DNA of 42,771 nucleotides from a virus (Duplodnaviria; Heunggongvirae; Uroviricota; Caudoviricetes): IMG/VR virus record IMGVR_UViG_2563366830_000018; one strand, 5' to 3'. Shown piece by piece: positions 1 to 10,160 of this stretch (position 1 is its first letter; each line of letters starts with the position of its first letter). The notes under the pieces were generated by a model. It saw only the letters and a program-made list of their open reading frames with translations, ran no database searches and was not told where the DNA came from. The position numbers and the translations under genes were made by a program.

Positions 1-249
1 ATGCGTATTGAGATCTGCATAGCCAAAGAAAAAATGACTAAAATGCCAACCGGTGCTGTGGATGCGTTAAAGGAAGAATTAACTCGGCGCATCAGTAAGC
101 GTTATGACGATGTAGAAGTGATCGTAAAAGCCACCAGCAATGATGGGCTTTCTGTTACACGCACAGCAGATAAGGATTCTGCAAAAACATTTGTTCAGGA
201 GACTCTGAAAGATACCTGGGAGTCTGCTGACGAGTGGTTTGTTCACTAA
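1..249 (+). CDS. dinI: DinI-like DNA-damage-inducible protein (RecA modulator)
   Basis: 82-aa product with DinI-family C-terminus ([17 protein letters not shown]); ATG at window start. Confidence 0.8.
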   Translation: MRIEICIAKEKMTKMPTGAVDALKEELTRRISKRYDDVEVIVKATSNDGLSVTRTADKDSAKTFVQETLKDTWESADEWFVH

Positions 250-317
250 TAAACACGTAAAATCGGTAACGGCTGGAAATCATTCAATACTCGCACTATC
301 GAAAGTTAACCAGCCAA

Positions 318-356
318 CCGCAGTATCCTGTCATGACAAGTTACTGCGGCTTTTTA
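318..356 (+). terminator. Intrinsic terminator after dinI-like gene
   Basis: 8-bp inverted repeat CCGCAGTA...TACTGCGG followed by TTTTT; approximate coordinates. Confidence 0.6.
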
Positions 357-366
357 CTTTTTATAT

Positions 367-654
367 TTAACGGATCAACATCCAGATCAGCAGACACGCC
401 ACCACCGGCACAGCAAAATCCATCAGGCTTGCCACATCCCACACGCGTGGATCAAAACCGCCCCACCACGGCATATTCATACGCTTGCCATGCCCGAACA
501 TTTCAATCCAGCGATATTCTGCCTGGGTATGTTCACGCGCAATGAAGAACGTACAACCAGCTATCGCCCCGTAAGCCCAGTTTCCGGTAAAAAGACCAAC
601 CAGTACCTGCGCAGCCACAGCACAAAGTGCATGAAGGAAAGGTGTTATATCCAT
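367..654 (-). CDS. Small hydrophobic (membrane) protein, unknown function
   Basis: Track ORF 367..657 begins with GTG; in-frame ATG at 654 is preceded by AAGGAG. Product has hydrophobic segments (AVAAQVLVGLF, AVPVVACLLIWMLI). Confidence 0.55.
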   Translation of the reverse strand: MDITPFLHALCAVAAQVLVGLFTGNWAYGAIAGCTFFIAREHTQAEYRWIEMFGHGKRMNMPWWGGFDPRVWDVASLMDFAVPVVACLLIWMLIR

Positions 655-663
655 CACTTCTCC

Positions 664-945
664 TTACATCCAACCGCGAAGTTGATGCTCAACAACAACC
701 GCATATTTATCGAATATTGACGGTGTTTTCACATCACTAATGATACGCACGTTTACAAAATAGCCGTCTTCCTTCACACATACCGGTTCGCCATCTTCAT
801 TCAGTTCTTCGGTTTCTTTGTACACGTTACCTATCACGTCAATAAGAATATCATCCTGCATCGACTCGTCGTCATAATAGCCAGTGCTCTCCATAAAGGC
901 CGAAAAGTCGGCTCTGTCGGCAAATTTGAGGGTTAAGTCTCGCAT
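664..945 (-). CDS. Small acidic protein coupled to tail fiber gene (possible tail fiber chaperone/accessory)
   Basis: 93-aa ORF whose ATG shares a base with the tail fiber stop (TAATG overlap); function is inferred from position only. Confidence 0.5.
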   Translation of the reverse strand: MRDLTLKFADRADFSAFMESTGYYDDESMQDDILIDVIGNVYKETEELNEDGEPVCVKEDGYFVNVRIISDVKTPSIFDKYAVVVEHQLRGWM

Positions 946-3044
946 TATATTTTTTCTCCCTGCTGCGCTGCTGTTAATTCCCTGTGCCAGATACGCAAAT
1001 TTCGGACGTGCCCGAACAGATGGCGGCTGCCACTGGACGCCTTTCCACCGATAGTGATGAATCCACCAGTGTACTTCTGATTTTGATATGCTGAAGTTGT
1101 CAATGCCCCGAAAACACCATTGACAACAACTTGCAACCTTCTGTCTTCCGAAAATAAAAAACCAACGATATTATGGCGCTTAGTTCTTGCAAGAGTACTA
1201 TTATACTCTTTAATGGCATTTGAGTCGCCGTTTGTGATTATCGCTTTATTACCACGAGTAGCAAAACCAAGGTACATATAACTTTGATTTATTATATCTG
1301 TGGAATCTCCCGTTGTTGTTATATCCAGAATCCTTGCTCCACCAGTAATATTAGGCATAAAGCCAGGTTCCCATAGTGTATTTACTTCAACAAGACAACT
1401 TATTGCAGGAGTTGACCAGTTTAATTTTACAGGGACAGTAACCATATCACTGGCTCTTGTTGCACCAGTTCCCGACGTAATGATAAATGATGACGCATGA
1501 GTTCCCTTTTCAAACTGAGGAGTGGTCATCATTATCTGGTCTCCGGCCTGTATGGAACGCCCTTCCGCAGCCATCTCAAAACGAGCGTGAATACTTTTCG
1601 GTTCTGGTGATTTATATGTAAATTCGATGCGTAACCATCCGTTAGCTTCTCTGTATATGACATGATTGACAGCATCCTCACCATTCGGAATTTTTAATAT
1701 TTCTCCGGTGCCGCAATCTATATATGACTCAGCAACCAGTGTGTTGCTTGTTCCGTCATCGTTCACATAAGCTACGCGAGGTCTGATTAATATATCAGTC
1801 CCTTTAACACGGCACGAAAGTGTAACTGATTCATTTGCATCAACACTGATTACACGGGGATAACCACTCGTAATTAATGTCGCCCGGCCATCCAACGGAG
1901 TTCCCGTAACCGTGAATGTTCCATATGTAAACCCATACTCGTCAGTTTCACTAGTCACCGATAATGCAGATTTCAGATAATTCCATAAGGATGGTGTATT
2001 ACTATAATAAAGTGTGTTTGTTCTCTGCCCCTCTATTAACAACCCCATTTTTTCAAATCTGGGTTCATCTACAGACGCAATACAAAGCCCCCCGGATTTA
2101 TCAATATATGTCGCTTCAGATGCCCGCTTAAACTTAACAATCTTGTCGCCCGGTATTGTTATTTCATCATCACCAATAACAATCTTTTTATATGATGGCG
2201 AAAAGCCCGTAATCATATCCAGTGAATCGTTAAACGGTATCCACACATCAGGCAGCGGTTGTAAGACATATTTATACGGCTCTGCTGCCTGGCTTGCATA
2301 CTCTCTGGCTGCATCTTCACTTGCTTTAGCTGCCGTCTGGCTTGCTGCCGATGCTTTCGCTGAGTTAGCCGCCGCACTCTCGCTTTCAGCTGCTGCATCC
2401 TGACTGCTTTTCGCCGCAGTTTCACTGGCTTTGGCATTCGTTTCGCTGGTTTTCGCTGCCGTCTGGCTGGACTTCGCGTTGGTTTCGCTCGTCTTTGCGG
2501 CTGTCTCACTGTTTTTCGCGTTGGTTTCTGATTTTTTGGCTGCAGTCGCGGAGTTTGCCGATGCAGTCTGTGAGGCCGCTGCCGCCTGTGCGCTGTTAGC
2601 TGCGTTCGTTTCTGAGGTTTTCGCCGCGTTCTTCGATGATGCCGCTGCTGTTTCTGATTTCTTTGCTGCCGCTGCACTCTGTGATGACGCTCCGGCATGA
2701 CGTGCCACTTCATTCACCATCAGCTCAAAACGGCGCAGTGCCTCCGGACGGGCATCATCCTCCGTCATGGCACCGAGAAAATCATTCAGCGTACCTGGTC
2801 TGGAACCTTCATAGACGGTAATGGTCCCGGCATGTGAAGGTGGAAAACCTTCAACCAGCAGGGTGACGCTGTACTGGCCATACTCAACATCCATGCTGTA
2901 ACGCCCGGCTTCATCCGGATTTTCAGAGGCCACCGTGTTCACCACCACCGTGCTGCTGGTCCGTCTGGCCTTCAGCACAATGGTGCAGTTCTGTACTGGT
3001 TTTCCTGTGCCATCTTTAAGCACGCCAGAAATTTTTACTGTCAT
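945..3044 (-). CDS. Side tail fiber protein with Ala/Ser/Thr-rich repeats and LamG/ConA-like C-terminal domain
   Basis: N-terminus resembles conserved lambdoid tail fiber N-domains; central SETAAK/TSETNAK repeats; C-terminal motif HLFGHVRNLRIWHRELT typical of LamG-like lectin folds. Confidence 0.8.
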   Translation of the reverse strand: MTVKISGVLKDGTGKPVQNCTIVLKARRTSSTVVVNTVASENPDEAGRYSMDVEYGQYSVTLLVEGFPPSHAGTITVYEGSRPGTLNDFLGAMTEDDARPEALRRFELMVNEVARHAGASSQSAAAAKKSETAAASSKNAAKTSETNAANSAQAAAASQTASANSATAAKKSETNAKNSETAAKTSETNAKSSQTAAKTSETNAKASETAAKSSQDAAAESESAAANSAKASAASQTAAKASEDAAREYASQAAEPYKYVLQPLPDVWIPFNDSLDMITGFSPSYKKIVIGDDEITIPGDKIVKFKRASEATYIDKSGGLCIASVDEPRFEKMGLLIEGQRTNTLYYSNTPSLWNYLKSALSVTSETDEYGFTYGTFTVTGTPLDGRATLITSGYPRVISVDANESVTLSCRVKGTDILIRPRVAYVNDDGTSNTLVAESYIDCGTGEILKIPNGEDAVNHVIYREANGWLRIEFTYKSPEPKSIHARFEMAAEGRSIQAGDQIMMTTPQFEKGTHASSFIITSGTGATRASDMVTVPVKLNWSTPAISCLVEVNTLWEPGFMPNITGGARILDITTTGDSTDIINQSYMYLGFATRGNKAIITNGDSNAIKEYNSTLARTKRHNIVGFLFSEDRRLQVVVNGVFGALTTSAYQNQKYTGGFITIGGKASSGSRHLFGHVRNLRIWHRELTAAQQGEKI
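2340..2700. repeat. Imperfect tandem nucleotide repeats inside tail fiber gene
   Basis: Repeated ttcgctggttttcgctgc-type units encoding the Ala/Ser/Thr-rich repeats of the fiber shaft. Confidence 0.7.
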
Positions 3045-3055
3045 ACTTTTCCACC

Positions 3056-3088
3056 AATAAAAAAGCCCGCAGCAGTGACGCCACGGGC
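3056..3088 (-). terminator. Terminator-like hairpin between lom and tail fiber
   Basis: On the minus strand, GCCCG...CGGGC stem followed by TTTTTTATT; approximate coordinates. Confidence 0.45.
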
Positions 3089-3194
3089 TTCAGGACAGTG
3101 TAACTTTACGTTTCCTCAAACGCAGTTCACCCCATAAGGCGGATGAACCTGCGTATCATAACAATATTTACAGAAGATAAATCGGCGTCTGTTG

Positions 3195-3794
3195 TCAGAA
3201 ACGGTATCCGATACCAACAATAAATGCATCCGTTCGCCAGTCGCCACTGCCGGAGCCTTCATAAGCAATATCAATGGCCACGGATTCGGTCGGGTTAAAC
3301 TGCACGCCAGCCCCCCACGCCAGAGACGTGTTGCTGTGGCGACCGTCATCACTTCCGGTCAGCACATCGTGCGTATCCCCCTTGTTGTCGGTCACCTGAA
3401 GATAATCCCCGGAAAAAGTCGACACACGGCTGTAAGTCACACCCGCGATCGCATACGCGCTGAACCATTCATTCACGCGCACAGATGGCCCCGCCATCAC
3501 GCTGAACCAGCGGTTACGCACAGAATCCTCATGCCAGCGGGTATCGCTGTAGTGCGTTTTTTTCTCATCTTCAGCATTGGCATAACTGAAGGACGTAATC
3601 AGCCCCAGCGTGTCCGTAAACTCATAACGGTATTTCACGTTAATCCCGTTCAGATTATCGCTGCCGGGAGCGTTCGTACGGGCATGAAGATACCCTGCGC
3701 TCAGTGTGGACTGATGTTCAGACGCCCATGCAGGCGCACCGGATACGGACAGACAGATGGCTGCGGACAAAATGGCTGCACATAATTTACGCAT
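3195..3794 (-). CDS. lom: Lom/Ail-family outer membrane beta-barrel protein
   Basis: 199-aa product with signal peptide and C-terminal GIGYRF typical of the Ail/Lom family; sits between J and the tail fiber as in lambda. Confidence 0.88.
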   Translation of the reverse strand: MRKLCAAILSAAICLSVSGAPAWASEHQSTLSAGYLHARTNAPGSDNLNGINVKYRYEFTDTLGLITSFSYANAEDEKKTHYSDTRWHEDSVRNRWFSVMAGPSVRVNEWFSAYAIAGVTYSRVSTFSGDYLQVTDNKGDTHDVLTGSDDGRHSNTSLAWGAGVQFNPTESVAIDIAYEGSGSGDWRTDAFIVGIGYRF

Positions 3795-3816
3795 AATTAC
3801 CTCTCGCTTTTCTGCA

Positions 3817-3842
3817 ATAAAAAAGGCGCCATTTCTGGCGCC
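3817..3842 (-). terminator. Intrinsic terminator downstream of J
   Basis: On the minus strand, GGCGCC-loop-GGCGCC hairpin followed by a T-run. Confidence 0.6.
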
Positions 3843-3861
3843 CGTATTGGGGTTATAAAAT

Positions 3862-6800
3862 TCAGCTAATCGTGATGCCTGCAGTGGCTTTCTTCATCAC
3901 AACAACCAGCAAATCGCTGATACTTGCTGTGGGATACCAGCCATTTACCCACCATGCTGATACAGAAAACTCCAGCGTCATGTCGCCGCGACCAGCAGGC
4001 ATATCAATAACACCACTGTAAACCAGCGTATTATCCATCGCGGTACGGTTATAAATTTCAGCACCGTTTTTCCGTACTATCAGGCGGCATGACGAATAAG
4101 TATCGCTGTTCTCCCGCTCATGTCTGGCACCGCTGAAAGCCACCGCCGGAATAACAATCTGCCGGTTAAACGGCTGATCGTCATAAACCCTGACGGTAAT
4201 GGTTCCTGATGGCCAACGCTTCGGTGCACGGGAGTCACGAGGGAAAGCCTTACCCACTGTTTTAACGAGATCGCCTTCAATCTGGTTTGCAGACAGTTTC
4301 CCTCTGATGACACAGTTCTTGTTAATGGTGACATTATTGAGCGTGCCGGTATTCGCCGTGATGGCTCCACTGATATCCGCATTGCGGGCTGTCAGCCTGC
4401 CATCCGGCGTCAGGGAAAACGTCGGAGGATTGCCGGATGACGTGATGCTCACCGCAAACAGTCGCTTCAGGAACACGTCGTTCATGAACAGCTGATTCCC
4501 CTGCGCCACAAACAGCGGCGTGGTGTTGCCGTTCTCCGGGGTAATCATCGCGATACGGTCCGCCTGCAGCAGAATACTGCTCAGCGTCTGACCATCAACA
4601 TCCTCAATCCCCGCGCCAATCCCGGCCACATAGGGAATACCGTTTTTTGTTTTCTGCACCTTCAGCATATACATGGCATTCAGCTCATTGCGCGTGTCTG
4701 ACTGAACCCGCTGGATTTGCTGTATGGTCACGGCCTGGTCACCCAGCTTTTTATCCGTGGTCGAGGTAATTTCACTCCCTTTTTTATCCACGTACTGGCG
4801 GACCTGTGCTATCTGTCGGGCGTTTTCTGACTGCCCCTGGCTGACAGTCTGTGAGATTTCACTGCTCACCCGGTCCACTTTCTGGCTCACCTGCGCGATG
4901 GCCAGTGTCTGGTCCTCATTCTTTTTCGCAACCAGCTGCGTGAGGCTGTTTTCCGCCTTCCCGATTTTCCGGGTCACTTCTGCGATATCCGTGTCCATCC
5001 GCTGACGGATATCTTCTTCCAGTTGCGTGACCTCCGTACGCAGCGCTGAAGCATCAATGCGCTCTTTCAGTGCCTGCCCCAGCAGCGTCTCATCTATCAG
5101 ACCACGGAAAAATTCCAGATACCCTTTTGCATCATTGCTGGCCTGCCCGCTGGCTTCCACAAATGCAGACTTGCCCACCAGGTTGACACTGCGCACATAA
5201 AACCAGAAATCCATCCCCGGCTTAATCCGATCGCCCTGGACAGTCCACTGACTGCCGGTCCCCAGATAACGGGCAGATTTTTCCACCTGTGCCGTGTTCG
5301 TGATGCGTTTTTCCGAAAACCAGAACTCAAACTGCACCGTCGGGTCATACACCGCCAGCACCGGTACCGCCGTTATCTGAAAATACCCCGGCGTCAGCTC
5401 AATGGTGGCGGGTTTTGCAGGTGCGTTAATCCGGAAGGTGGTGGTGGCAGGTTCACCCTGCTGGCCGTAGCTGTTTATCGCCCGCACCGTCAGGGTGTAT
5501 TCCCCGAGCGGCAGGCCGCTGAAACGGTGCTCCGTGTCTGCGGTGATGGCAGTGGTCACCAGACGGCTGTCTTCTCCGCTTCCGCTGGTCAGACGCAGAC
5601 TGAAGCGCACACCCTTCACCACCCGCGGCGTGTCCCATTTCGCCTGTGCCAGATACTGACCGTCAGCTGCACTCACCTCCACCGTCAGGTGCTGCACTGC
5701 CGGTGGGATAACGCTGTTCAGGCTGCCTGACTGCGGCTCAAAGCGGGCCCCGTTATCCACAATGGCTTCTTTTTCCGGTACGTGCTGCACCGCCGTGATG
5801 GCGAACGTGCCGTCCGTGTTTTCCCGGATGGAGACACAGCGGAACAGGCGACGACGCAGTGACGGCAGGGAGAGTCCCCACACCCCGTATGTCTCCACAC
5901 CATCCGGCAGGGTGCTGACCTGTATCCGGTCAGGCGCGGGGTGTGCGGTGATGGCCACGCTCGCCGGCTTACCGCTGCCGTTAATCAGATTAACAGTGGC
6001 CGTGCCGGTCTCCGGCAGTGTCACCTCCCGGTCCAGCGTCAGGGTACGGCTGGCGGCATCGATGGACAGGACACGTCCGCCGGTCATGGTCACGGCATAG
6101 TCGTTATCACAGATTTCAATGATGTCACCGGGTGTGTGACGCAGCCCCTGTGACCCGAGCGTGAAATCCACCGTCTGCGTTTCCAGCAGTTCGGTCTTTA
6201 TCACCCACAGCCCGGCACGGTGGGCCTGACCGCGGCTGGTACAGCCGAACGCGTCCATCTTCAGCAGGTTGCGTCCGTAGCGCAGTATGGCTTCCGGGTC
6301 TTCCACCAGTTCCGTGGAGGTCTGCCAGCCGTTCTGCGGGTCGGTGTAATTCACCTCCACTGCCGTGTGCCGGTCCTTCAGGGCACTGAAGCTGTAGCGG
6401 AATCCCACGCCGTTATCATCCACCACCACATCGCTGTTGGTGTACGGCCACACCACATCCGACGGGCGGTCCTGAACGAACGTCAGCGTCTGGCCGTTCC
6501 ATACCGGCATACAGCGCATCGCAGAGCAGAAATCACTGAGAACGTCCCACGCCTTACGCTGTTGTGCCAGGTACGCATTAAAGGTCATCCGCGGCTCGGT
6601 CCCCCCGAAACCATCCGGGACCGTCTGGTCGCAGTACTGCCCGATGGCATACAGCGCCCACTTGTCCACATCCGCCGCCCCCAGACGTTTTCCCATGCCG
6701 TAGCGCGGGTGAGTCAGCATGTCCCACAGACACCAGGCCGGGTTGTTGCTGTATGCCGGTTTCAGGCTGCCGTCCCAGATACCACTGTACGTGCGTTTTT

Positions 6801-7554
6801 CCGGGTCATAGTTTGACGGCACCTGGATGATGCGACCGCGGATATGGTAGTTCACCGTCATCTGCTGGCCGCCGAACTGCTCCGCATCCACCTGCAGCCC
6901 CACAATGGCCGTGTTCGGGTAGCACTGTTTCACATCGATGATTTCGGTGTATGACGACCACAGCGTCTTATTCTGCAGCTGGTCCGTGGTGCTGTCCGCC
7001 GTCTCCCTGACCATCCGGATGTTAAAGGGCCGGGGAGGCAGATTATCCAGAATCACCGAGGCCAGGAACTGCGAGGTGGTCTTGCCGTTAATGGTGACAT
7101 CCTTTTCCGTCACCCAGCGGCCATTACGCTGTAACTGAATCAGAATCCGGACAGAGGAAGGATTACGGTCGCCCTTTGACGTGGTCTGCACCAGTGACTG
7201 CACCCCGAAGGTAACCCGCAGGCGGTCAATGTTCGCGGACGTAATGGTGCGCGTCACCGGTTTTGCCTTCGTCACTTCCACGCCCAGTCCGGTTTCAGCT
7301 CCGGAGGACTCAAAGCCTTCCGGTGGTGTCTGCTCCTGCTCCCCGGCACGCCAGACCGCGGTCACACCGTGTATCACGGGATTACCGTCCGTGTCCGTCA
7401 GCGGGGTTTTGTTCACCAGGATACTCTGCAGTCCCTTCACCGGGCCTTCTATCGGTCCCTCACCAATCGCATCAATCACACTCATCATCTGCGTGGATTT
7501 GAGATTATCCTTCGCCTCGCGCGGTGTGTGCGCCTTACCGCCACCTTTACCCAC
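3862..7554 (-). CDS. J: Tail tip / host specificity protein J
   Basis: Strong recalled similarity to lambda J ([20 protein letters not shown](I/L)[10 protein letters not shown]). Track start is TTG at 7599; GTG at 7554 with upstream AGGAGAGGGGGAG aligns with the lambda J N-terminus. Confidence 0.9.
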   Translation of the reverse strand: MGKGGGKAHTPREAKDNLKSTQMMSVIDAIGEGPIEGPVKGLQSILVNKTPLTDTDGNPVIHGVTAVWRAGEQEQTPPEGFESSGAETGLGVEVTKAKPVTRTITSANIDRLRVTFGVQSLVQTTSKGDRNPSSVRILIQLQRNGRWVTEKDVTINGKTTSQFLASVILDNLPPRPFNIRMVRETADSTTDQLQNKTLWSSYTEIIDVKQCYPNTAIVGLQVDAEQFGGQQMTVNYHIRGRIIQVPSNYDPEKRTYSGIWDGSLKPAYSNNPAWCLWDMLTHPRYGMGKRLGAADVDKWALYAIGQYCDQTVPDGFGGTEPRMTFNAYLAQQRKAWDVLSDFCSAMRCMPVWNGQTLTFVQDRPSDVVWPYTNSDVVVDDNGVGFRYSFSALKDRHTAVEVNYTDPQNGWQTSTELVEDPEAILRYGRNLLKMDAFGCTSRGQAHRAGLWVIKTELLETQTVDFTLGSQGLRHTPGDIIEICDNDYAVTMTGGRVLSIDAASRTLTLDREVTLPETGTATVNLINGSGKPASVAITAHPAPDRIQVSTLPDGVETYGVWGLSLPSLRRRLFRCVSIRENTDGTFAITAVQHVPEKEAIVDNGARFEPQSGSLNSVIPPAVQHLTVEVSAADGQYLAQAKWDTPRVVKGVRFSLRLTSGSGEDSRLVTTAITADTEHRFSGLPLGEYTLTVRAINSYGQQGEPATTTFRINAPAKPATIELTPGYFQITAVPVLAVYDPTVQFEFWFSEKRITNTAQVEKSARYLGTGSQWTVQGDRIKPGMDFWFYVRSVNLVGKSAFVEASGQASNDAKGYLEFFRGLIDETLLGQALKERIDASALRTEVTQLEEDIRQRMDTDIAEVTRKIGKAENSLTQLVAKKNEDQTLAIAQVSQKVDRVSSEISQTVSQGQSENARQIAQVRQYVDKKGSEITSTTDKKLGDQAVTIQQIQRVQSDTRNELNAMYMLKVQKTKNGIPYVAGIGAGIEDVDGQTLSSILLQADRIAMITPENGNTTPLFVAQGNQLFMNDVFLKRLFAVSITSSGNPPTFSLTPDGRLTARNADISGAITANTGTLNNVTINKNCVIRGKLSANQIEGDLVKTVGKAFPRDSRAPKRWPSGTITVRVYDDQPFNRQIVIPAVAFSGARHERENSDTYSSCRLIVRKNGAEIYNRTAMDNTLVYSGVIDMPAGRGDMTLEFSVSAWWVNGWYPTASISDLLVVVMKKATAGITIS

Positions 7555-7596
7555 TCGCTCCCCCTCTCCTGTCTGATGTCTGAATCTGTTTATGCC

Positions 7597-7628
7597 CAAA
7601 AAACAACAGGCACCCCGGAGGATGCCTG
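7597..7628 (-). terminator. Terminator-like hairpin between I and J
   Basis: On the minus strand, CAGGCA..TGCCTG hairpin followed by TTGTTTTTTG, just upstream of the J RBS. Confidence 0.5.
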
Positions 7629-7666
7629 TATCATGACTGAATAAAAATTCTGAATATCTTCACATT

Positions 7667-7793
7667 TTCACAAACTGACTGTGGCGCGTATAATTTCGCT
7701 GCGTTAGTGTTTTTTGCCCGAGTAACAAAAACAACTCCTTAACTCTAATCTTTGTCTGTCCCCGCAGCTCCGCGATCACTGCGGGATTTTTTT
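7667..7793 (+). ncRNA. Candidate small RNA unit (promoter plus terminator) antisense to the late operon, between I and J
   Basis: TTCACA, 16-bp spacer, perfect TATAAT (about 7667-7694); about 95 nt downstream a CCCGCAG-11 nt-CTGCGGG hairpin then TTTTTTT (about 7761-7793). No ORF with an RBS in between. Confidence 0.4.
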
Positions 7794-7800
7794 ATTCTTT

Positions 7801-8481
7801 TTACCCCTGCCGCCCGATAACCACGACCTTTCCGCCCCCGCCTTCATCACGGGTGCTGATGTCCTGGGATATACGGCGGGAGCCAACCAGCATTTCCCCG
7901 TAAGGCACCGGCATCGGGTTCCCCTGGGCAATCATGTTATCCAGCGAGGAAAAGTACGTGTTCTGTCTGCCGTTATCCGTTGCGCGGTAATCCGGTGTTT
8001 TTGCCTTCGGGGCCAGCATCTGGGCCACACCGCCCAGTATCATGCTGGCCCCCAGTGAAAACAGCATCGTGGTGGCAGAAAAACCACCGGCACTCAGGGC
8101 TGTACCCCATAACGCCATCGAGGCACCGGCCGTGAAGAAAGAGCCCACGATGGCTGCCGCCCCCAGCACAATCTGCAGTCCACCCTTTCCGGCCCCGGCC
8201 AGTCGCGGCACAATGTGGATGACCGTTCCCTCACCCAGCTGTTCGTGAAGACGGGCGTACACCGCCTCCGGTGCCGTGTCATAACCGGCAATACGTATCT
8301 GGTACCAGCCTTCGTTCATCTGACGGCGAAAGCCCGGCATCTGCATCGACAGGGCGCGAATGGCTTCCGCTGCCGTGTTCACATACAGGCTGAGGCGGCG
8401 GCCAAATCGTTGTAAATCCCCGTGAAGGCAGATGCGTGCCAGTGGCGGTGACGCCAGACAGAATGCGTTCGTCGTTGCCAT
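7801..8481 (-). CDS. I: Tail tip assembly protein I
   Basis: Recalled similarity to lambda I (ARICL(Y/H)GDLQRFGRR, NTYFSSLDNM(V/I)AQGN); ATG and stop verified in sequence. Confidence 0.9.
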   Translation of the reverse strand: MATTNAFCLASPPLARICLHGDLQRFGRRLSLYVNTAAEAIRALSMQMPGFRRQMNEGWYQIRIAGYDTAPEAVYARLHEQLGEGTVIHIVPRLAGAGKGGLQIVLGAAAIVGSFFTAGASMALWGTALSAGGFSATTMLFSLGASMILGGVAQMLAPKAKTPDYRATDNGRQNTYFSSLDNMIAQGNPMPVPYGEMLVGSRRISQDISTRDEGGGGKVVVIGRQG

Positions 8482-9122
8482 TTTTCGGAATACCTCTCCC
8501 GTTTACTCAGTTGTTCAGGAATATGGTGCAGCAGCTCGCCGTCACCACAGTAAATGGCGGCATGATTCGGCACCGATGAACCAAAACAGCACAGCAGCAC
8601 ATCGCCCGGCTGCGCCGCTGACAACGGCACCTGATACAGCCCTGTGGCCTCCAGATTATCCAGATAGAGATTCTGACCGTGACGCCACCAGTCATCCTCG
8701 CGATGAAAATCCGGCATCTCAGTCCCCGCCAGATGATAAGCATCCCGGAACAGCGTGTAACAGTCCGTCACCCCGTGCTCAAAGCGCCGTCCTGTCAGAT
8801 GTGGCACACAGCGGAATTTGTGAATGTCACCCCGGCAGACCAGCCACCAGGGCAGTGCGCTTTTTATCTGCAGCCGCCGGTCAGCCTCGCTCAGCCAGGG
8901 CAGCCCACCGGGATGACTGTGGACCAGTGCCACAATCTCCCCCTGCATCTCTGCCCGCAGCCAGTCTTCCGGTGCGATACGAAAATACGCCTCCGGCTCT
9001 GCGGAAATATTCACACAAGGGATATACCGCTCCCCCTCCGGCGTGCTTATCACGAAGCCGCACGACTCCGCAGGCGCACACCGCCGGGCATGCGCCAGAA
9101 TCGCTGATTCAGTCTGTGTCAT
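8379..9122 (-). CDS. K: Tail tip assembly protein K (JAMM/MPN plus NlpC/P60 domains)
   Basis: Internal ATG at 9122 begins MTQTESAILAHARRCAPAESCGFV, matching the lambda K N-terminus. The open frame runs to 8379 and overlaps I by about 100 nt. Confidence 0.85.
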   Translation of the reverse strand: MTQTESAILAHARRCAPAESCGFVISTPEGERYIPCVNISAEPEAYFRIAPEDWLRAEMQGEIVALVHSHPGGLPWLSEADRRLQIKSALPWWLVCRGDIHKFRCVPHLTGRRFEHGVTDCYTLFRDAYHLAGTEMPDFHREDDWWRHGQNLYLDNLEATGLYQVPLSAAQPGDVLLCCFGSSVPNHAAIYCGDGELLHHIPEQLSKRERYSEKWQRRTHSVWRHRHWHASAFTGIYNDLAAASACM

Positions 9123-9132
9123 AAACCGGGAT

Positions 9133-9831
9133 TTACTGCGAAAGTTTATTAATGGAAAGGAAACCGCCAAAATTGCCGACATTCCTGCGCAGTTCACACC
9201 CGCGCATGCACTTGCTGCATCTGTCCTTACGGATATCCGTGGTGGGGTTGTCGAACTCATCCGCCACAGCCCCGCCCGTGTAACCACACTCATCAGAGCG
9301 GTAGGTCCACATACAGGTGTTCGCCAGCATGATACGACCGGGAAACAGCGCCCCGTCCGTCTCGGTCGGTGTGGCCAGCACAAACGAGGCCGTCATGGCT
9401 GTCAGCTGCGACATCTGCTCCACCACCCAGCGGTCACTCAGCTCCTGCTCCGGGTCCGCCTCCGGATTGCCCGCAACGAAATTCACCGCATCCAGAAAAC
9501 GGGCATACACCCGGCGGCGGACCACCGTGGCCCCCACCAGACTCTGCAGGTCCTCCGCCATCCCGGTGACAAGGCCAAACAGATTGGACACCGTCAGCGA
9601 CGGGCGGGCACTGCTGCCCCGACCGTTCATCTCAAAGCCGCTGCCGTCAATCGGGTATGCCTCATACTTACGCCCCTGCCAGGTGACCGGCTCCCCTTTT
9701 TCATTCAGCTCATTACAGAAAAAATACCGCTCACCGCCCTGTACCGTCAGGTCGATTTCCCAGAGTACCACCCGCGGTGACTGCTCTGACTTAACCGACT
9801 CGTTCAGACTTTCTTCGCGAATATCCTGCAT
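9133..9831 (-). CDS. L: Tail tip assembly protein L
   Basis: Recalled similarity to lambda L along its length (MQDIR.E.LNE, C-terminal NVGNFGGFLSINKLSQ). Confidence 0.9.
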   Translation of the reverse strand: MQDIREESLNESVKSEQSPRVVLWEIDLTVQGGERYFFCNELNEKGEPVTWQGRKYEAYPIDGSGFEMNGRGSSARPSLTVSNLFGLVTGMAEDLQSLVGATVVRRRVYARFLDAVNFVAGNPEADPEQELSDRWVVEQMSQLTAMTASFVLATPTETDGALFPGRIMLANTCMWTYRSDECGYTGGAVADEFDNPTTDIRKDRCSKCMRGCELRRNVGNFGGFLSINKLSQ

Positions 9832-10160
9832 CAGTTCACCACCTGTTCAAACTCTGCGCTGAACTCAACACGCAACATACTGACCCGCGACGACCATTTT
9901 GCGCAGGTCACCTTTATCTGCCGGTAGCCATAAGGCGGCGTCCACAGAAAGGCCTTCCAGCCCCCGTGCTCAGCCAGAAACGACTCCAGCGCCGTGGCCT
10001 CCTCACGGGAGACAGACAGCGTCACGCTGTACGTTTTCAGGTCAGCGTTCAGCCCGGCAGGCGCACGCTGGGAATAGCCATCACCAAAGCGCACCTCCCT
10101 GACGGAAGGAGCCGATGTCACATCCATCCCGGGTTTCACTTTCCAGCGGAAGGTTTTCAT
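9831..10160 (-). CDS. M: Tail tip protein M
   Basis: 109-aa product matching lambda M (MKTFRWKVKPGMDV ... RVEFSAEFEQVVN); ATGA overlap with L. Confidence 0.9.
   Translation of the reverse strand: MKTFRWKVKPGMDVTSAPSVREVRFGDGYSQRAPAGLNADLKTYSVTLSVSREEATALESFLAEHGGWKAFLWTPPYGYRQIKVTCAKWSSRVSMLRVEFSAEFEQVVN

Noticed and set aside
2340-2700. Tandem repeats as a possible CRISPR array
   Set aside because: The repeats are imperfect, lie inside a coding frame and encode the Ala/Ser/Thr-rich fiber shaft; there is no repeat-spacer structure and no cas genes.
2213-2821. Arg/Gln-rich 166-aa ORF and plus-strand ORFs (2014..2403, 2431..2700, 2636..2821) inside the tail fiber gene
   Set aside because: They are alternate-frame or antisense translations of the repetitive tail fiber sequence, with no RBS and no independent support.
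4080-7576. Numerous plus- and minus-strand ORFs of 60-200 aa overlapping J (for example 6220..6816, 7181..7576)
   Set aside because: All lie within the well-supported J coding frame on other frames or the opposite strand; their Arg/Pro/His-rich composition is typical of GC-rich antisense translation.
7555-7599. Long J start at 7599 from the ORF track
   Set aside because: The codon at 7599 is TTG and the extension overlaps a terminator-like hairpin; GTG at 7554 has a strong SD and aligns with the lambda J N-terminus.
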